Positions 1 through 14,236 are shown, numbered from the stretch's first letter. The stretch is DNA of 64,000 nt from Octopus sinensis (GCF_006345805.1 NC_042997.1:143158001-143222000); one strand, 5' to 3'. A program made the numbers and translations. The notes: a model not told the origin generated them from the sequence alone.

Positions 1-174
1 CAAGTATCTCAATTACATAGCCACGGTTGCATCTACCATTTTAGTTTTAGAATTAGAAAAATATTCAAGCTTAAAACAGCTTTTTTGAATTATGAAAATT
101 CTCATGCATTTTTAAGTAGCCAAAAGTATCTGGAAAGACACCTTGTTTAAATATTTAAAAACAGTATTACTTAC

Positions 175-268
175 CGTCAGTACTAATATCATCCCACTGA
201 TGAATGTCCTGTTGTTTACTTAAAAACACAGTTGCATTAGGGTTTAATCCAGCGCTCTTCTGAGTGAC
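175..268 (-). CDS. LARP4: Internal coding exon carrying a PAM2 (PABP MLLE-binding) motif; La-related protein 4-like
   Basis: Minus strand: ttgttttgatAG|GTCACTCAG...ACTGACG|GTAAGT, 94 nt, phase 0 to phase 1. Translation VTQKSAGLNPNATVFLSKQQDIHQWDDISTD(G) resembles human LARP4 VASKGTGLNPNAKVW. The La motif and RRM exons would lie off the left edge. Confidence 0.8.
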
Positions 269-446
269 CTATCAAAACAAGACAAAGATTAGTCATATAT
301 AGAGATCAAATCGTATACAAATACATTTTCAAATAGCCAGCTGAAAGCGATTAAAAAATTTTTTCACTTATAAGAAACAAGTGTTGCCTGCCCAACATAA
401 AAACTGCTTAATGCAAGAAAACGGCCTTAAAACCTTAATCGGTTAA

Positions 447-1744
447 CCCTTTTAATACCAACCTACCCAAAATTGCCCAAGAAAAATTTTAATCAAAATT
501 ATTAAACCGCCCAAAAACAGTCATAATAACCTATTCATATTTTTAATGTGGATTTCAGCAGAAAATTCATTAATCTATTCATGAAAATACATGGTCTCGC
601 TATGTAAAGACTTGAGTTGCACTATCTGCCTTTCTGAGCAACACAAATTTTTGGAGATTCTTTACCCATTTTTTTCTCCCATTCACTTTCTAAAATGTTT
701 CACTATGGACAGAAAATGGATACCAGTCTATTGTTTGTCAAGCAGCAAGTTTAAATTTGAAATACTCTGCGAAAGAAGACAGAAAAATCTAAGAAAATCT
801 AACATAAAAACCATGCATGTGATTAAGAATAAGACCCAACCAAGTCAAACAATTGACAAAAGTTCCTATAGTGGGTGGGGTAAATTTGCACCTGAATACA
901 GTTAGAATTTAAAACCCATTTCTCTTAGTTATTTGGAGGAAGATATTAGACCTAGACAAAATATTTCCAAGGAAACAAAACCATTAACTTAGTGTGTCTA
1001 CTTTTACTTTGAATTGATTACTGCAGGAATTAATTTTACATGGCACATAAAGAGGGTAAAAAAATATTTTTGCAGTTTCCAATACTTGAAAAAAATAAAT
1101 CAAGCACTTTTAGGAATATTTTGTTTTTGTGTGGGTGGGTGGGGGTGTTATACGTTTTCAGCCCTATTTTTTCACAATTTGTTTTTATCTACCTGTAATA
1201 CACATGACAAAATTAGATTAATTTGGATTTATCTGTTTCTGTGTATTTATGTATACATGTGAGTTTATTTCAATCAATTCATCATCATCAGGTGTGTATT
1301 TCATTTCATAGTTTATTTGGGTTTTTTTTTTTTTTTCAAAGACAAATCCCTACATTTTCATTTCATCTTATCTTTATGATACACTTGTTTCGTGCATTAA
1401 GTTCAAATGATAAATAATCCAGTAATTTGCACAATTCTTCTCTATTAAAATTTTGTATATTCATTGAATATTAAGCTAATAACTTATTTTCTATGCTGAT
1501 GTTTAAACAAAATCTTAATTTTTTTATTTTGTTGTATTTACCTGTAATTAGATTTGCTTTGAGACAAAAATCAGGAGACAGATTAGGTTACAAATCTTTT
1601 GTTAAATTGTGTTCCAAAAATCACAATATGTTGATCAATAAAAAAGACTGGTTTTATTACACCAGTCTAAACTCTTGATTATTTTTGGCATTTAATTGAA
1701 ACACATAAAGGGTGTTTATTGGTCAAAATATAGTAACAAAGGAC
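447..1744 (-). mobile_element. Old non-autonomous piggyBac-like element related to 2247-3383, in opposite orientation
   Basis: TTAA-CCCTT at 443-451. About 1425-1744 is the diverged reverse complement of about 2321-2695. About 504-590 resembles the reverse complement of the 3300-3383 end. Confidence 0.6.
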
Positions 1745-2246
1745 TTAAGTTATGCCACTTTTGAGAATGACAAGTGAGTGTACTAATTTTTCACTTAATG
1801 TTTATACTCTACCAAGATTTACATGCACACACAACACACAGGCCTCTACAGTTTTCACCTCCCAAATTACACTAACACCGTTATATCACCAGGAGTTTCG
1901 CAAGGAGCCAATAAGTAGATTGAATTTAGAACCATGAACCTTAATGTTTGCAGAGCAATATCTGTGCTCTCCAAACATTATGATAACTAATTTCATCTAA
2001 CCACGCTCTAAACAAGCTTCTTAAAATATAGCGTAAAACTTTTGTTAAATTAGTTTTAAAAATAAAATGGAATGCAATCAAGCAAACTGGAGATAATCTA
2101 TACAAAACATTATATAGTAGAATTTATGAACTTGAATTAAATCTGTATACCTTGGTGAATAAAAGATACCAATGTTTCAAAAGTGACCTGTACCTGAACT
2201 AATTTCTCTTCCAGGAATGTCAGTCATAAAAACCTAATATCCTTAA

Positions 2247-3383
2247 CCCTTTCGTTACTATATTTCTGACCAAAATACACCCCTCATGAGTTTCAATTAA
2301 ATTCTAAAATAAATCCTTAACCCTTTCGTTACTATATTTCTGACCAAAATACACCCCTCATGAGTTTCAATTAAATTCTAAAATAATCATGAATCTAGGC
2401 TTGTTTCATTAAATAACTGTAACTTTTTTACATATCAACATATTAATGTGATATTTGGAACATAATTAAAGAAAGGGTTCTGAATCAATTCTATTGCATA
2501 ACTTTTGTCTCAAAGTGACTTTAATTACAGGTAAATCCAGGTAAATTGAGCAAAAGGTAAAAATATTAAAATTTTAAATTGAGCAAAAGGTAAAAATATT
2601 AAAATTTTGTTTAAACATCACCATAGAAAATTAATCATCAGCTAATATTCAAATGGGTATGCAACAAAATTTTGATAAAGAAGAATTGTGCACATCACTA
2701 TATCATCAGTTGAATTTAATGCACAACAGGTGTACCATAAAGGTGGAATAAAGTGAAATACTGAAATCCACCGTAAGTTTGGCCGAACTAAAGAAATCAG
2801 TCAAAAAATAATATACGGCCCTGGTTATGGTATGGAAGTGATAAATTCCAGACCACATCGTTCCCTAGGCCATGCTGACTAACATTATTTTCCCTGTATA
2901 AAAACTAAATCCACACAGTACCCAGTATTTGCTTCACAAATTTTCCAAAATTTGAACCCCCATTTTGTGTTTGTGTACATTCTGCGTAAGTTTGTTTCCG
3001 CATTGATCACTTCAAACAATAACTTCCAGACCACATCATACCCTAAGCCATGCTGACTAACATTAGTTTCCCTGTATAAAAACTAAATCCACAACAGTAC
3101 CCAGTATTTGTTTCACAAATTTTCCAATTCAGAATCAATGCTTGATAACATGAAACTCCTATCCATTTTCAAAGTTGAAGAAAAATCGATGCCGAAAAAA
3201 ATGTGGAAAAAAATCTCCCAAAATTCAGGGAATTAAAATTACACGTCGATTGTTGTACAAAACTGTAGATGAACTATTTACGAAGCATAATCACGTGTTT
3301 TCACGAATGTACTAAAGAGATTTGCTCTGATATTCTCATTTAAATATGAATAGGTAAATTCGGGCGGTTTGGTAACGAAAGGG
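2247..3383 (+). mobile_element. Non-autonomous piggyBac-like DNA transposon
   Basis: TTAA target sites at 2243-2246 and 3384-3387, TIR CCCTTTCGTTAC / GTAACGAAAGGG. Left end is duplicated with a 74-bp period. Internal direct repeats at ~2846-2948 and ~3025-3128. Confidence 0.85.
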
Positions 3384-3604
3384 TTAAACTCCATTATATT
3401 GTTAAAATGGTCACACATATGAGGCTATATATATTTAAGAACCCCTAATAAAAGTCTATTGCTTTATTTGAATAATTTTTAAATAATTCTTTTTCTTTAT
3501 TGAAATAAACTGTATGATGCTGCAGCACGGTCACAGTCCAATAACTGAAACTACAGAAATCATAGAAGACCATGTCAGTATATCTACTGCATTAGTCACT
3601 ATAT

Positions 3605-3801
3605 CAGACATGGGCAACCTTTTCTCAAAAAGTGGGCCATCTAAGATATGGTTCATCATCTGGTGGGCTACTCCAAAAAATTCAAGGCAGTTTTTCATAA
3701 GGAATGCCATTCAAGGAGTCCCATGGCCCACAGGACTGCATTATACACTGCTCAGGATTCTTTCTTCAGGTATGACACCCCCACAGGGGTTTTGAGGACA
3801 C
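3605..3801. mobile_element. Possible degraded hAT-type MITE
   Basis: Begins CAGACATGGGCAACCTTTT...GGGCCA and ends TTTGAGGACACTG, resembling hAT/Charlie MITE termini. No clear TSD. Confidence 0.35.
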
Positions 3802-6800
3802 TGGGTCTAAATCCGTTAACAACTTGCATGTCTTTTTTTTTTTTTTTTAACTTCTCAGTATAGGGGGTGATGGCTCCCATAATTATGGCCACAGTAAAAT
3901 GGATGGTATTAACAAATATATTACACACTGTCCCAGCCGACTAAAAGCTACCTCGCTTAAATGAGAAAAAAAGATTATTTTGTCCAGATATTCACATCAC
4001 CATAAATTCCAGTTATGATGCAAAATCAGCAGCACTAAGGATTTTTTTCACTAACATCATTCAGAGCTGTGTGTTGAAAGGAATATACCACACTGACAAG
4101 AGAGAATATACAGTCCAAACTCATCAAGCGTAGCTCCACAATGCCATTTATGTACCTCACACAGTGACAGCAAGACAAACTGATCATTGAGAAGGGAGCT
4201 GCTTGATGCCACACTCAACCAGCAAAACTGTTGGTCTGTCCTGATTAGAATTATGCAGTAGCGGAACTACATTCCATGTTTTAATCATTGTAACTGGCCG
4301 CATTCTGGTGAGCAATGAGGCTAACATAAACCTAAACGGCATGTACAGTCTCAAGCTTGCAGTCTACATTTGGCTCATGGACAACTGCACCACACTAGTG
4401 GTAAACAGAACCAGCAATGCCACACTCATGCAGAGAATGGGGTCACAGAACCTCAATAAAAGTTGTTTGTTGCTAGCTAAAATACTGAAAATGAAAATCT
4501 TATGAGCCAAAACTGCACCTATTTAAATTTTAAAATAATAATAAATCTTAGAAGAGTTAAACTATCCAGTGACAGATGTATTGAAAATAGACAAAATGTG
4601 AGGTATTAACAAAAGTGGCTGAAAACAAAATATACAGAGATTATATCTGACTTCCAAATACAATAATCTTTAGAAATTCCTATTTTTTTTCTAACAAACT
4701 TTTATCATAGAATCATTCTGAATATATTGACAATTACAGGATTCTGCTTACATTCAATTTAGCAAATTATTACATGAACTAAAGACGGTCCATAGTGCAC
4801 ATTCTATAACATCAGTGATATAAGTTCCAGGTCAACAGATGGTAAAAATACAGATTACACAATGAGATTTAAAAAACAAAAATATTACTCTGCTAAATAA
4901 AAATTAGATCTAAAGGGATAGGAGTATATGACATCCCTCAAAATAAATTAACAATGGAATCCAGTCTCAACCAACTGGCAGAGGTGCCACCAAAATAAAC
5001 CAATCTTACATAATTTCTTTAGATAAAACCCCATGAATGTAAACAAAGAAGATCAAAAGAACTGATACAATTATTGCACATAAGTACCCTTATTTAGAAT
5101 ATTTTGAACAGTTAGCTACTAATTGTATCTGACGCAGAGTCAAATCACCAAGCACAAATCAGTTATCATTTGAAAGATAAAATTTTAATTGATGTTTTAC
5201 AACTAATTAATGTTAAAAAGGAAAAAAAAACAAATTCCACCTAATTTTCTTCTCTTTTCTTTTTTTTTTTACAATCTTTAGTTTTACTGTTTAATACCAA
5301 CTATAAACATATCTTAATATCTTGTTTATTTATGGTGAGGGTGTTCCAGAGCATATATCCATTTGTATACATGTAGCGAAAATGAAATTAGTACATTTTT
5401 CAAACATGTGTATTATATAAACTCTTTTAAACATTGTAGATAAACTTAGAAATGGAAAGAACTAAGTCGTAGAGAAAGTTTTTTTAAAATACTACAAAAA
5501 CTATATCCAAAAATCATGCACTCAGACTTTTTTTAAAATTCATTTCCTTTCCTCTCTCCCCTGGAATTAAAATATTGTCAACACTGGAAAGATTAATATC
5601 TTGAGGAAGAAGGCAGCAAAATTTATTAAGATTACATTATTAATCTTAATAAAATTAAGAAAACAAACCCCTCTCCACCCACTAATCCTCACATACAAGA
5701 AAAGTAACCTATGAAAGTTATTAACAAAAACTAACTGGAAATAATTTTACAATTTTTAGGTCATCAATAAGTTTTAAAATTAAAACAATTATGCACAACT
5801 TTTGCATAAATGTGGAACTGGGACAACTTTTAAAAATTGGCATTTTTAAAAGGGCCATCAGCAGTTATCTCACAAAGAAACGAGAAATTTGTAGCTATCC
5901 CTAAATCACAAACTGCCACATATTTTAATCAACACTGAAAAATAAATTTTCAGCCAACAACCCAGTTTATTCCCAACCCACAAGCTGAACAATGGATTTT
6001 TTTTATATTAAAAAATGTTTTAATTTATAACAAGCTCTGGCTTATACTGTTGATCGACTGCAATCTCTCTAGCATGTTCCTACATTTAAAAGTTTTTGTC
6101 CCACAAAGCACAACAACTGAAAGAGAGTATGGAATGTGGTACAAGCAAAATCCAAAGACTGTCATTACGTGACATACTACTGCTGCTGCTACAACTACGA
6201 ATATTTTTGTTGTTCTTTATACTGTTGGCACAAAGCCATAAACTTAGCAAAGATGTTTAAATTAGTAAACTCCAGCACATGGACTAGTGTTTTTTTTGTT
6301 GTTTTTTTTAAAATCAACAAGGTCTAAATTGGCCAGATTTGAACGCACAATTTCAAAGGGCTTTAACCAAATATAACAAAACTATCCAATACCCTACCAA
6401 TGTCTACCATTCACCTTCAGAATACAATAACTACATGCTTATGTTTATAAATAGCAAATTATTAAAAAAAAAACAAATACTTGTTAATTCTTAGTAGAAT
6501 CAACTATGTTAGGCTTAATATTTGTTTATGGTTATGCTGAATATATAATTTTTATTATTTTTGACCAAACAAAACAATATTAACATCGTAAATGTACAAT
6601 AAGACTATGTACAACAAAGTCATTGCATTTATAATAAATATTTCACCATCACTCGCACACATTATCTAACGGATTTCTAAGAAATACTTGTGACAGAATT
6701 TTACAAAAATCTAGCAATAAAAAGTAATACAACAGTATTCTATTGCAATTAAACAAGGAAAAAAAACCTCACTTAAAATAATAGCTACAAACTTTGTAAA

Positions 6801-6992
6801 AAAAAATATTTCAAAATAGATTCTATAATAAATTTCAATAAAAATTAAGTAGTTTGTATAAAAGAAACAAAAAAGATTATAATCGGTTTTTAAATGAGTG
6901 AGAAAAATATTAGGAAACATTTTATAGAACATATGTTGCTTAGCTGAATGCAACGTATAATACAGGAACCAATATTCTAATTAGCAACGTAC

Positions 6993-7061
6993 CTTTTGTT
7001 TTCTTTGAACACATAAAACACATGAATTGGCTGAATAATAATAAACATCACCAGGGATCAT
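6993..7061 (-). CDS. Candidate alternative first coding exon (MIPGDVYYYSANSCVLCVQRKQK)
   Basis: ATG at 7061, 23 open codons, donor AAG|GTACGT in phase 0, compatible with exon 175-268. It lies in repeat-poor intron with an RFX-like motif at 7094-7106. Confidence 0.35.
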
Positions 7062-7930
7062 CTAGTTTCAATTAGCAATTAGGGCTCAGACGTGTCTCAT
7101 AGCAACACCTACCCTAGGATTTAATTGTGCTTGCTAGGTACAAAGTACACAGATGACATTTCAGGTAAAACATATGTTATCTAAGAAATCGCCAACTGGT
7201 TATATCACCAAAATAATTTAAGTAATTTGTTGTTTCAATATTAATGATCATTAAAATTTTAAATGTATAAATTGTAGCTAGTGTTGTTAAAACTGAAATA
7301 TTAACTGCAGACCAGTATCATATAATATAAAATACTGAAGCAGAAGCAGCCATAGCTTATGTACTGAGTATGAGCATAGGTCCACTGCTTTAAGTGAAGT
7401 AGCAGAGTAGCAGGAGTATCACTAGCAACCTAACTGCAGCAGTAGTAGCAGCAATCGAGATGGTAGAAGCAGGCACTAAGCAACGAGTCCCAACTGCTGA
7501 TAGGTATCATGCTTCAGTAAGGAGAAAAAATATTATTCTAAATTTAAATAATAAGCAATTAACTTAACAGTATTTAAAACAAGATACAATATAAATACTT
7601 AAAACATTTATGGACCGCTTTAATTACAATGCCTTATCAGTGGAAGAATATTGCAAATATATTTGGGGGGAGAGGGGGAGATTAGAATTTTTTTTTTTTA
7701 GGGGAAAAAAATCATACATCAGAAATATAAATCTAAAATAATTTTATTGAAAATATTCATTATCCAGAATATATATGAGCTGGTTTAAGTGTATTTAAAA
7801 GCAACAAGTCCATAATATCCATAATGGAAGTAGTAACAGCTGTTTAACAATATAGTCAATTTCATAAAAGCAAATATTGACAATAGAATATTTAGGAATG
7901 CTCTAACCTAATAAATGAAATCAGAAGTTC

Positions 7931-7972
<42 letters not shown>

Positions 7973-9833
7973 GACTGAAAAATAGATTAAAATTGAAGTT
8001 TTAGATTTGAGGGGAGGGGTATGAAAATTAAAATGTAATAAGACGAGAATTTTAGAAAACCCTCAAAAGATGTAATTATATATATATATATATATATGAA
8101 TATATAAATTCGACAACTAATAACTGAGTAAATACAACATATTAAATTCTATTTTCTCAATTTTGTACAGATGTTTGCCAATTAAAATAGCATTATGAAT
8201 AACACAGACAGGAAACATTACAAAAAAAAAAAAAATTAAATTAACATTCAGTAAGGGGACTGTGCCACCTTAAGTAACCTCTTCAAAAAGTATATTCTTT
8301 TTAAAATGATTTTTTGTGGCGAAAGACACACACACACAACCATTTTGACTTTAAAAACCAACATTTCTAGAATTTATTTCTGATGAAAAGATAGCTTTGA
8401 TCAACGCAGACATTCATTAGCATATCTATATTTCTGTACTATGTTCCTTGATCAACATAAAAACTAGGACAAATTTTCTGACGAGATTTTGCTTTAATCC
8501 TTGAGATTATGAAACATCAATATCAATACCTTTATAAAGTTATTAATATACATTTAAACACCTCCAGTCCAATTTAGTTATATAAATTTCTTAAACTATA
8601 AAGTTGATGAATGAAACAAAAAGTGAGACTAAGTGTAAAGGTGTAATGTAACGAGAACAGATGATGGCATGGTAGCAAATATTTTATTAGGACTCAACAA
8701 AATAAGAGTTTAAATTCCATTCACATTAACCTATATTTAACACTGCCCACCAACCTAACATGCCTGAGCCAACAACCAAGCCTAGGTGGTCACTTAATTT
8801 GCTAGAAACAGCAGCCAATTGCTGTTGAAAAAGACAGACACATTGGATAAATATCCTAGATATGCAATGGCCAAGAGAAGGATGAGGTCATCATGGCCTG
8901 AAAGCTTTCGATAAATAGATCTAATCAAACAAAGTTGAGTTGGAGCAGAAAGAACATGTTTGCAGACATATTCCAAGATCTCAGAAGATTGTATGTATCA
9001 TGTGGATCAGTTTTTAAGTATTAAAATATATAGATGGTTAAAAAGCAAAACAATGGATGCAGTGACTGGGAAGAAGGCAACACTGCATTGATAAGCCATT
9101 TCACATTCAAATCAGAAATGGCTCACCAGTTCTTTGTTGTGGGACCTGGTGAGTGCCAATAATCACTTGAGGTTAAATATTACTAGCTTTGAAAAGAAAA
9201 CCAAATCCACTTGAATAGCACCAGCAAATTATACCAAGTCAAACACTGTGGAAAATGGTATTGTGGAAACATGGGGGAAAAAATGCATAATGATAGCACA
9301 AGCCAATATTATTAAGTTCGTCTTAACAGATAGACACCATCCACTTCAAAATTAAAATAACTTTCACCATCCTATGGTTCACAGACTCAAAAATGGATTA
9401 TTACCAGAAATGTGACAAAAGCAAAATTAAAATGAATTCAATGAAGTCTAGTGATATATAAGAACTATTATAAATTGCCAAATCCACAATGACACATACA
9501 ACCAAGACCATCAGTGACAGGAGTAAATGCTGCAGAAAACTTAATGGCAACAGCACAACAAAAAAACTAGATGCAAAAGAGGGGCGTGGGTTGTATTTAT
9601 CTGCATGGGCAAAGAGTTTGGTGATAATGACAGGGGTGGGGAGAGAGTGGAGATCCTAGGAATTCAGAAACCTTTTAAGAATCATAATTGATAGATCATA
9701 GTTTTGAGAAAGGACCAAACAAATTTAGCATAGTGAGAGGTAATCCAAAAGCAAATAATTAGCTCATAATCTATCAGTGACTGAATATCACAATAAAAAA
9801 TTTGCTTACTAAATCAAATTTTGTTTGAATTAA

Positions 9834-10351
9834 CCCATTGCCTGTCGTGCGCACCATTTAGGGATCTGCTAAAAACAGTTACATTGCTGGTTTTTCATTG
9901 CAAACGAATTGCTTATGTCTATTGTATTTGCAGTGGTGTGTTTAACAATATTTAGTAAAGCTTGTCATTATTAACTCTGGTTAAGTCTAGAGGACATTTT
10001 ATGTCATAAATTGCAATTTATGAACTACAAAAATATTGACGGGTTTTGAAATTTTTTTTTTTTTGTCTTTTGCATTTCCCATCTATACCATTCATTGATA
10101 TATCATACACATTTGCATTTGATAATGATAGTTTCAAAAAAAAAATAAATAAAATGTTTATTATTGCAATTGAATAGAAAAGGATAAATATACATTTTGT
10201 CCAGTGATCACCATTTGGAACTTTTTGAAAAATTTATAATTTCCAAAATAATTCACGTATGAAGAAAATTTAAATACTGTACATTATTTTAACTCCTAAG
10301 ACACCTGGCAAAGTCAAAAAGTATGAATAAAAAAATTTGGCCGTTAATGGG
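9834..10351. mobile_element. piggyBac-like MITE, different family
   Basis: TTAA-CCCATT... at the left and ...AATGGG-TTAA at the right; short imperfect TIRs. Confidence 0.6.
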
Positions 10352-13300
10352 TTAAGATGAAATAGTTCTAAAGCTAGAGAGTATGTCAATGGTGGTAATT
10401 CCTAATCTAGGTTTAGGAAATTCATATTATGAATTTAAGTCCATGGAAGTTATGTCACCATTAAAAAAACTGGAGCGTTTAACATACCTGAAAACAGTGA
10501 ACACAAATCAGCACAATTGAAAACATTAGTTTCAAAAACCATAAATGTTTATATAAAATGGAATAATAATGTCAAAAATTTCTGTTCTTCAAGAATAAAC
10601 CTAAGTTTGAAATGCAGTTTTAGCTCAGCTATGTGGTTACCATGAAATAATTTGCATTAAAATCTTAATTCTTCTGTTAAATAAAGGCCTGCATGAAACA
10701 TTTAGATGTCTAAAACAAAATTTAAACATTTTGACAACAGTTCACCAAGATTATCCCTGGCTTTATGATTCAAGACCTTTGGTTTTAAATTCTTTCTGAA
10801 TTAAAACCTGTAACAATTTCATATAAGAAAATGTTAAGCTATGTTCTAAACATTAAGATATGTTCGTAATTACCTTTTACAAGAAAATAAAATCTCGAGT
10901 TCTCATGGTAACTTTTTATTGAGCATGCCATTTAGATAGTCCCACAGGTTGCAGTTTGTCGATGACTGTTTTAAAACTGCTGACAACACCTTTACACAGA
11001 TTGTGTGCATTTTTTGATTGGTCAATGTGTTTATGTTTGTATTAAAAAAAATTATTTTAAAATGCATGAATTTAAAGAATGGAAATATTTGATAAGCTAT
11101 TTATAATAATTGTTTATATCTTAATTTTGTATCCTTGCAATACTTTACCCCAAAGTAAATTTTCTCCCTAAAATATTTTAAAATTCAAAACTTATCTTTC
11201 AACACTGCATTCAGTATTCTAATTTTCTTTCGGTTTTTTATATTCTTAATATTCTGGTTTTTAGATCGTTTAAAATTCATTCTCCTGGCTTTATATTTGG
11301 CACCCATCCACACAATGTTAAGTCATGATTTGTTTAACTCTAAACGCATTCAAGTAATAGGCATAACATTAATAACCAAATAGTATGAAAACAAAATATT
11401 CCCGTGCAACCATCTAGCCAGATATATAAACACAGATAACTTATTAGAGCATGTAATTTTAATATCTTCCAAGACCAAAACCATTACTAGCAGCAACAAC
11501 TGTTTAAAATCCTATTATATCGAGCCAATGAGTGATGAGGAGACCTCTCGGCCACTCAAGCTGTTAGGAGTAATGGCCAAATCTTCCCCAAACTACATAC
11601 TACCATCTTAAAAAAAAATAAGGACATATTAGAAGAAATCTGATACACTAATATCTGGAGAAAAAAAAGATGGTCACAACTGGAATGCCTTGAATAAAAG
11701 ATCTACTTTATCAGTGGGTAACAATAGCCAAAAGAATAACAGAATTACATGACTGACAAATTCTGGTAATAGCAATGTAACTACTGACAATGTTAAACAA
11801 ATATTTGAAAGTCACAAGAACAAGTGGAGAATAGTTTGGGGAAGGTAAACGTTATTGTATATATGTGTATGCGTTGAGAGATGTGCATATGTGTATGCAT
11901 TGTCTCAATAGTAAATGATAGTCACAGGCAATTGTTAATATCATATAAGCAATGTTTCCAGTCTTTTGTAGAAATATTAACTTGCTTAGAAACAATCATG
12001 GGCTGGCAACAAAAAGGTATCCAGTTTAGAAAATCTGCCTCACAAATTCCATCTGACCCATGCAAGCATGGGAGAATGGACATTAAAATGAAGATGGTGA
12101 TGATGGCGATATACAATGGTTTGGTTAGAAGGAAGAGGCTGTGGTCATGACCTTCACAGACACTTGCAAGAAAAACATGAGCAGAAAGAAATTCCAGGAG
12201 GGTGTAGTGCACTGTCTAGTCAAGATAGCCTATCAGAAGCCTGGTTCAAATGCTTGGAACACAGTTATTCCTGCCAAAAACTAGGCAACAAAGTGGCTGC
12301 CATTAAGAGCAGAGGGAACATGGGCTCTCAACACCATACACAAAAGGATTACTATTTTAGATAAATGATGACAAAGTCAAACAACACCTGTAGACATGCT
12401 TAAGCCTCTTATTACATAATTACTTTACTATTACCTAATGTAGAAATAGATACATATACATTTTTGTGTGTGTGTGTGTGTGCTTGCATGTACACTGATG
12501 TAAATGCACAATGCATTACCTTAGAGATAAAACAATAATTAGCTATACTGCAAAAAATATATATAACATTCATATAATACATGACAATATAAATACACAC
12601 TAGTTCAGATGTTTCACATGCATACAATAAAACCATCCACCTTCCCACACAGGTTCCTCTCTTGTTGCTTTTTCTAGGAAGGAAATCTTATTCTTTCTTG
12701 TCAATCCCAGTTATTCAACCGCTGCCATCTTCAACATTATTTAAGAACATCACATTTTCTTTCCTTTCTGTACCTTTTCTTCTAGCCATCAAACGTTTCA
12801 TGAAGAGCTTAAGCTCAAAATATTAACATCCCATTTAAACTTCTAATAATTACACTGTGTTCTTTTCACAGCCTTAATATTCTCAATTTTTGAACCTATA
12901 TATTCACACACACACACAATCAACTGTTTAATATCCCTTTTCTTACAAGTTAACATGGGTTAAATGAGGGACTTATCTGAGGCAGCATTTTACAGCTGAA
13001 TACCATTCTTTTTAAGTAAAGGACTTATTTCAGTTACAATGACAAATAATACAATTAATATCACCATTTTGCTCATACGATGACAAAGGTATGAAACATT
13101 CAAGCACATATGTGCACACACAACATACCCACCATCTGTCACTCGCCATACACACTCTTGCAACTTATAAAATCTCAACCTTCCTGATCATCTACTCCCC
13201 ACACTTCTATTCGCTTTGTACCTTGAGAGTACACATTGACCACCAGCTTTATTTCTCATTCCAGTTCCACTTCGATCACTCCCACTCATCCTTAGATAAT

Positions 13301-14236
13301 GCATGGTAGCCGTCTATTTCCTCTGCACCAATAAAACTGTTCTTCCCATCATATTTCTCAACACCTAGCATATAACCAACCACCACTTAGTTCAAGGATC
13401 TCTTTAGACATGCAAGTTACATGATGACCTTATTGGTGCTGGTACTATACATAAAAAGCACCCAGTACACACTCTCTGTAAAGTGTTTGGTGTTAGAAAA
13501 GGCATCTAGCCATAGTGGACAGCATCCATCATTATGGAAGCCAAGCATTAAATGATACATTTATATTTATATCTTCATATGTTTGTATGTGCATATAGGC
13601 TCAGGAGTGGTTGTGTGGTTAAGAATTCTACTTTGTGACTATGCTTTATACACATGGAATAATACGAGAGAGACTATTTCAAATGAATACTTGATAGAGA
13701 GGATATATTGATTTGCAATAAGTCCAATGGAGAGTTCAATCCATTTTGAAAGGTTGAGTGACAACAGCCAGGCTCATTATCAGGAGCAAATAATTTGTAA
13801 GCATATTGAGTTCATATGTATATGACAATTGATGAGACATGTAAATAGTGCTCAGCAGGGTGACTTATTTTATGTAAATACATATTAAGGTTGTGCTTGT
13901 ACTAGTGTTTGTGTAATAGTAGTAGATGCATATTTATACTGTTAAGATGCATGTGTGTACAAGCTTCTGTGGAATTATTGTTTTACCACCCACTTTTCCA
14001 TGCTGGCATGAGTCACCACAGAGTTTATTGAAACAGGTTTTCCTTGGTCATATGCCTTCCCTGTTGCCAACCCTGAACCATTTCCATGTAAGGTAATATT
14101 CCCACTTGACCAGACAGGTTTACACAATGTTGAAATTATTCTGTATGCCACTGACACTCATAACTGTCATACAATGATATGGCAAGGTGATACAAACACA
14201 GAAATTTTTTGTTTCACTATATATACATATACATAT

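Noticed and set aside
4156-4266. Possible minus-strand cassette exon ending GAG|GTACAT
   Set aside because: Weak donor, no pyrimidine tract at the acceptor, no in-frame ATG and no recognisable homology.
12797-12826. Hammerhead-like TTCATGAAGAGC-TTAA-GCTCAAAA; also CTGATGAAGGGAG on the minus strand at ~42790-42802
   Set aside because: Both core boxes are mutated or the partner GAAA and stem I cannot be found; too weak to call.
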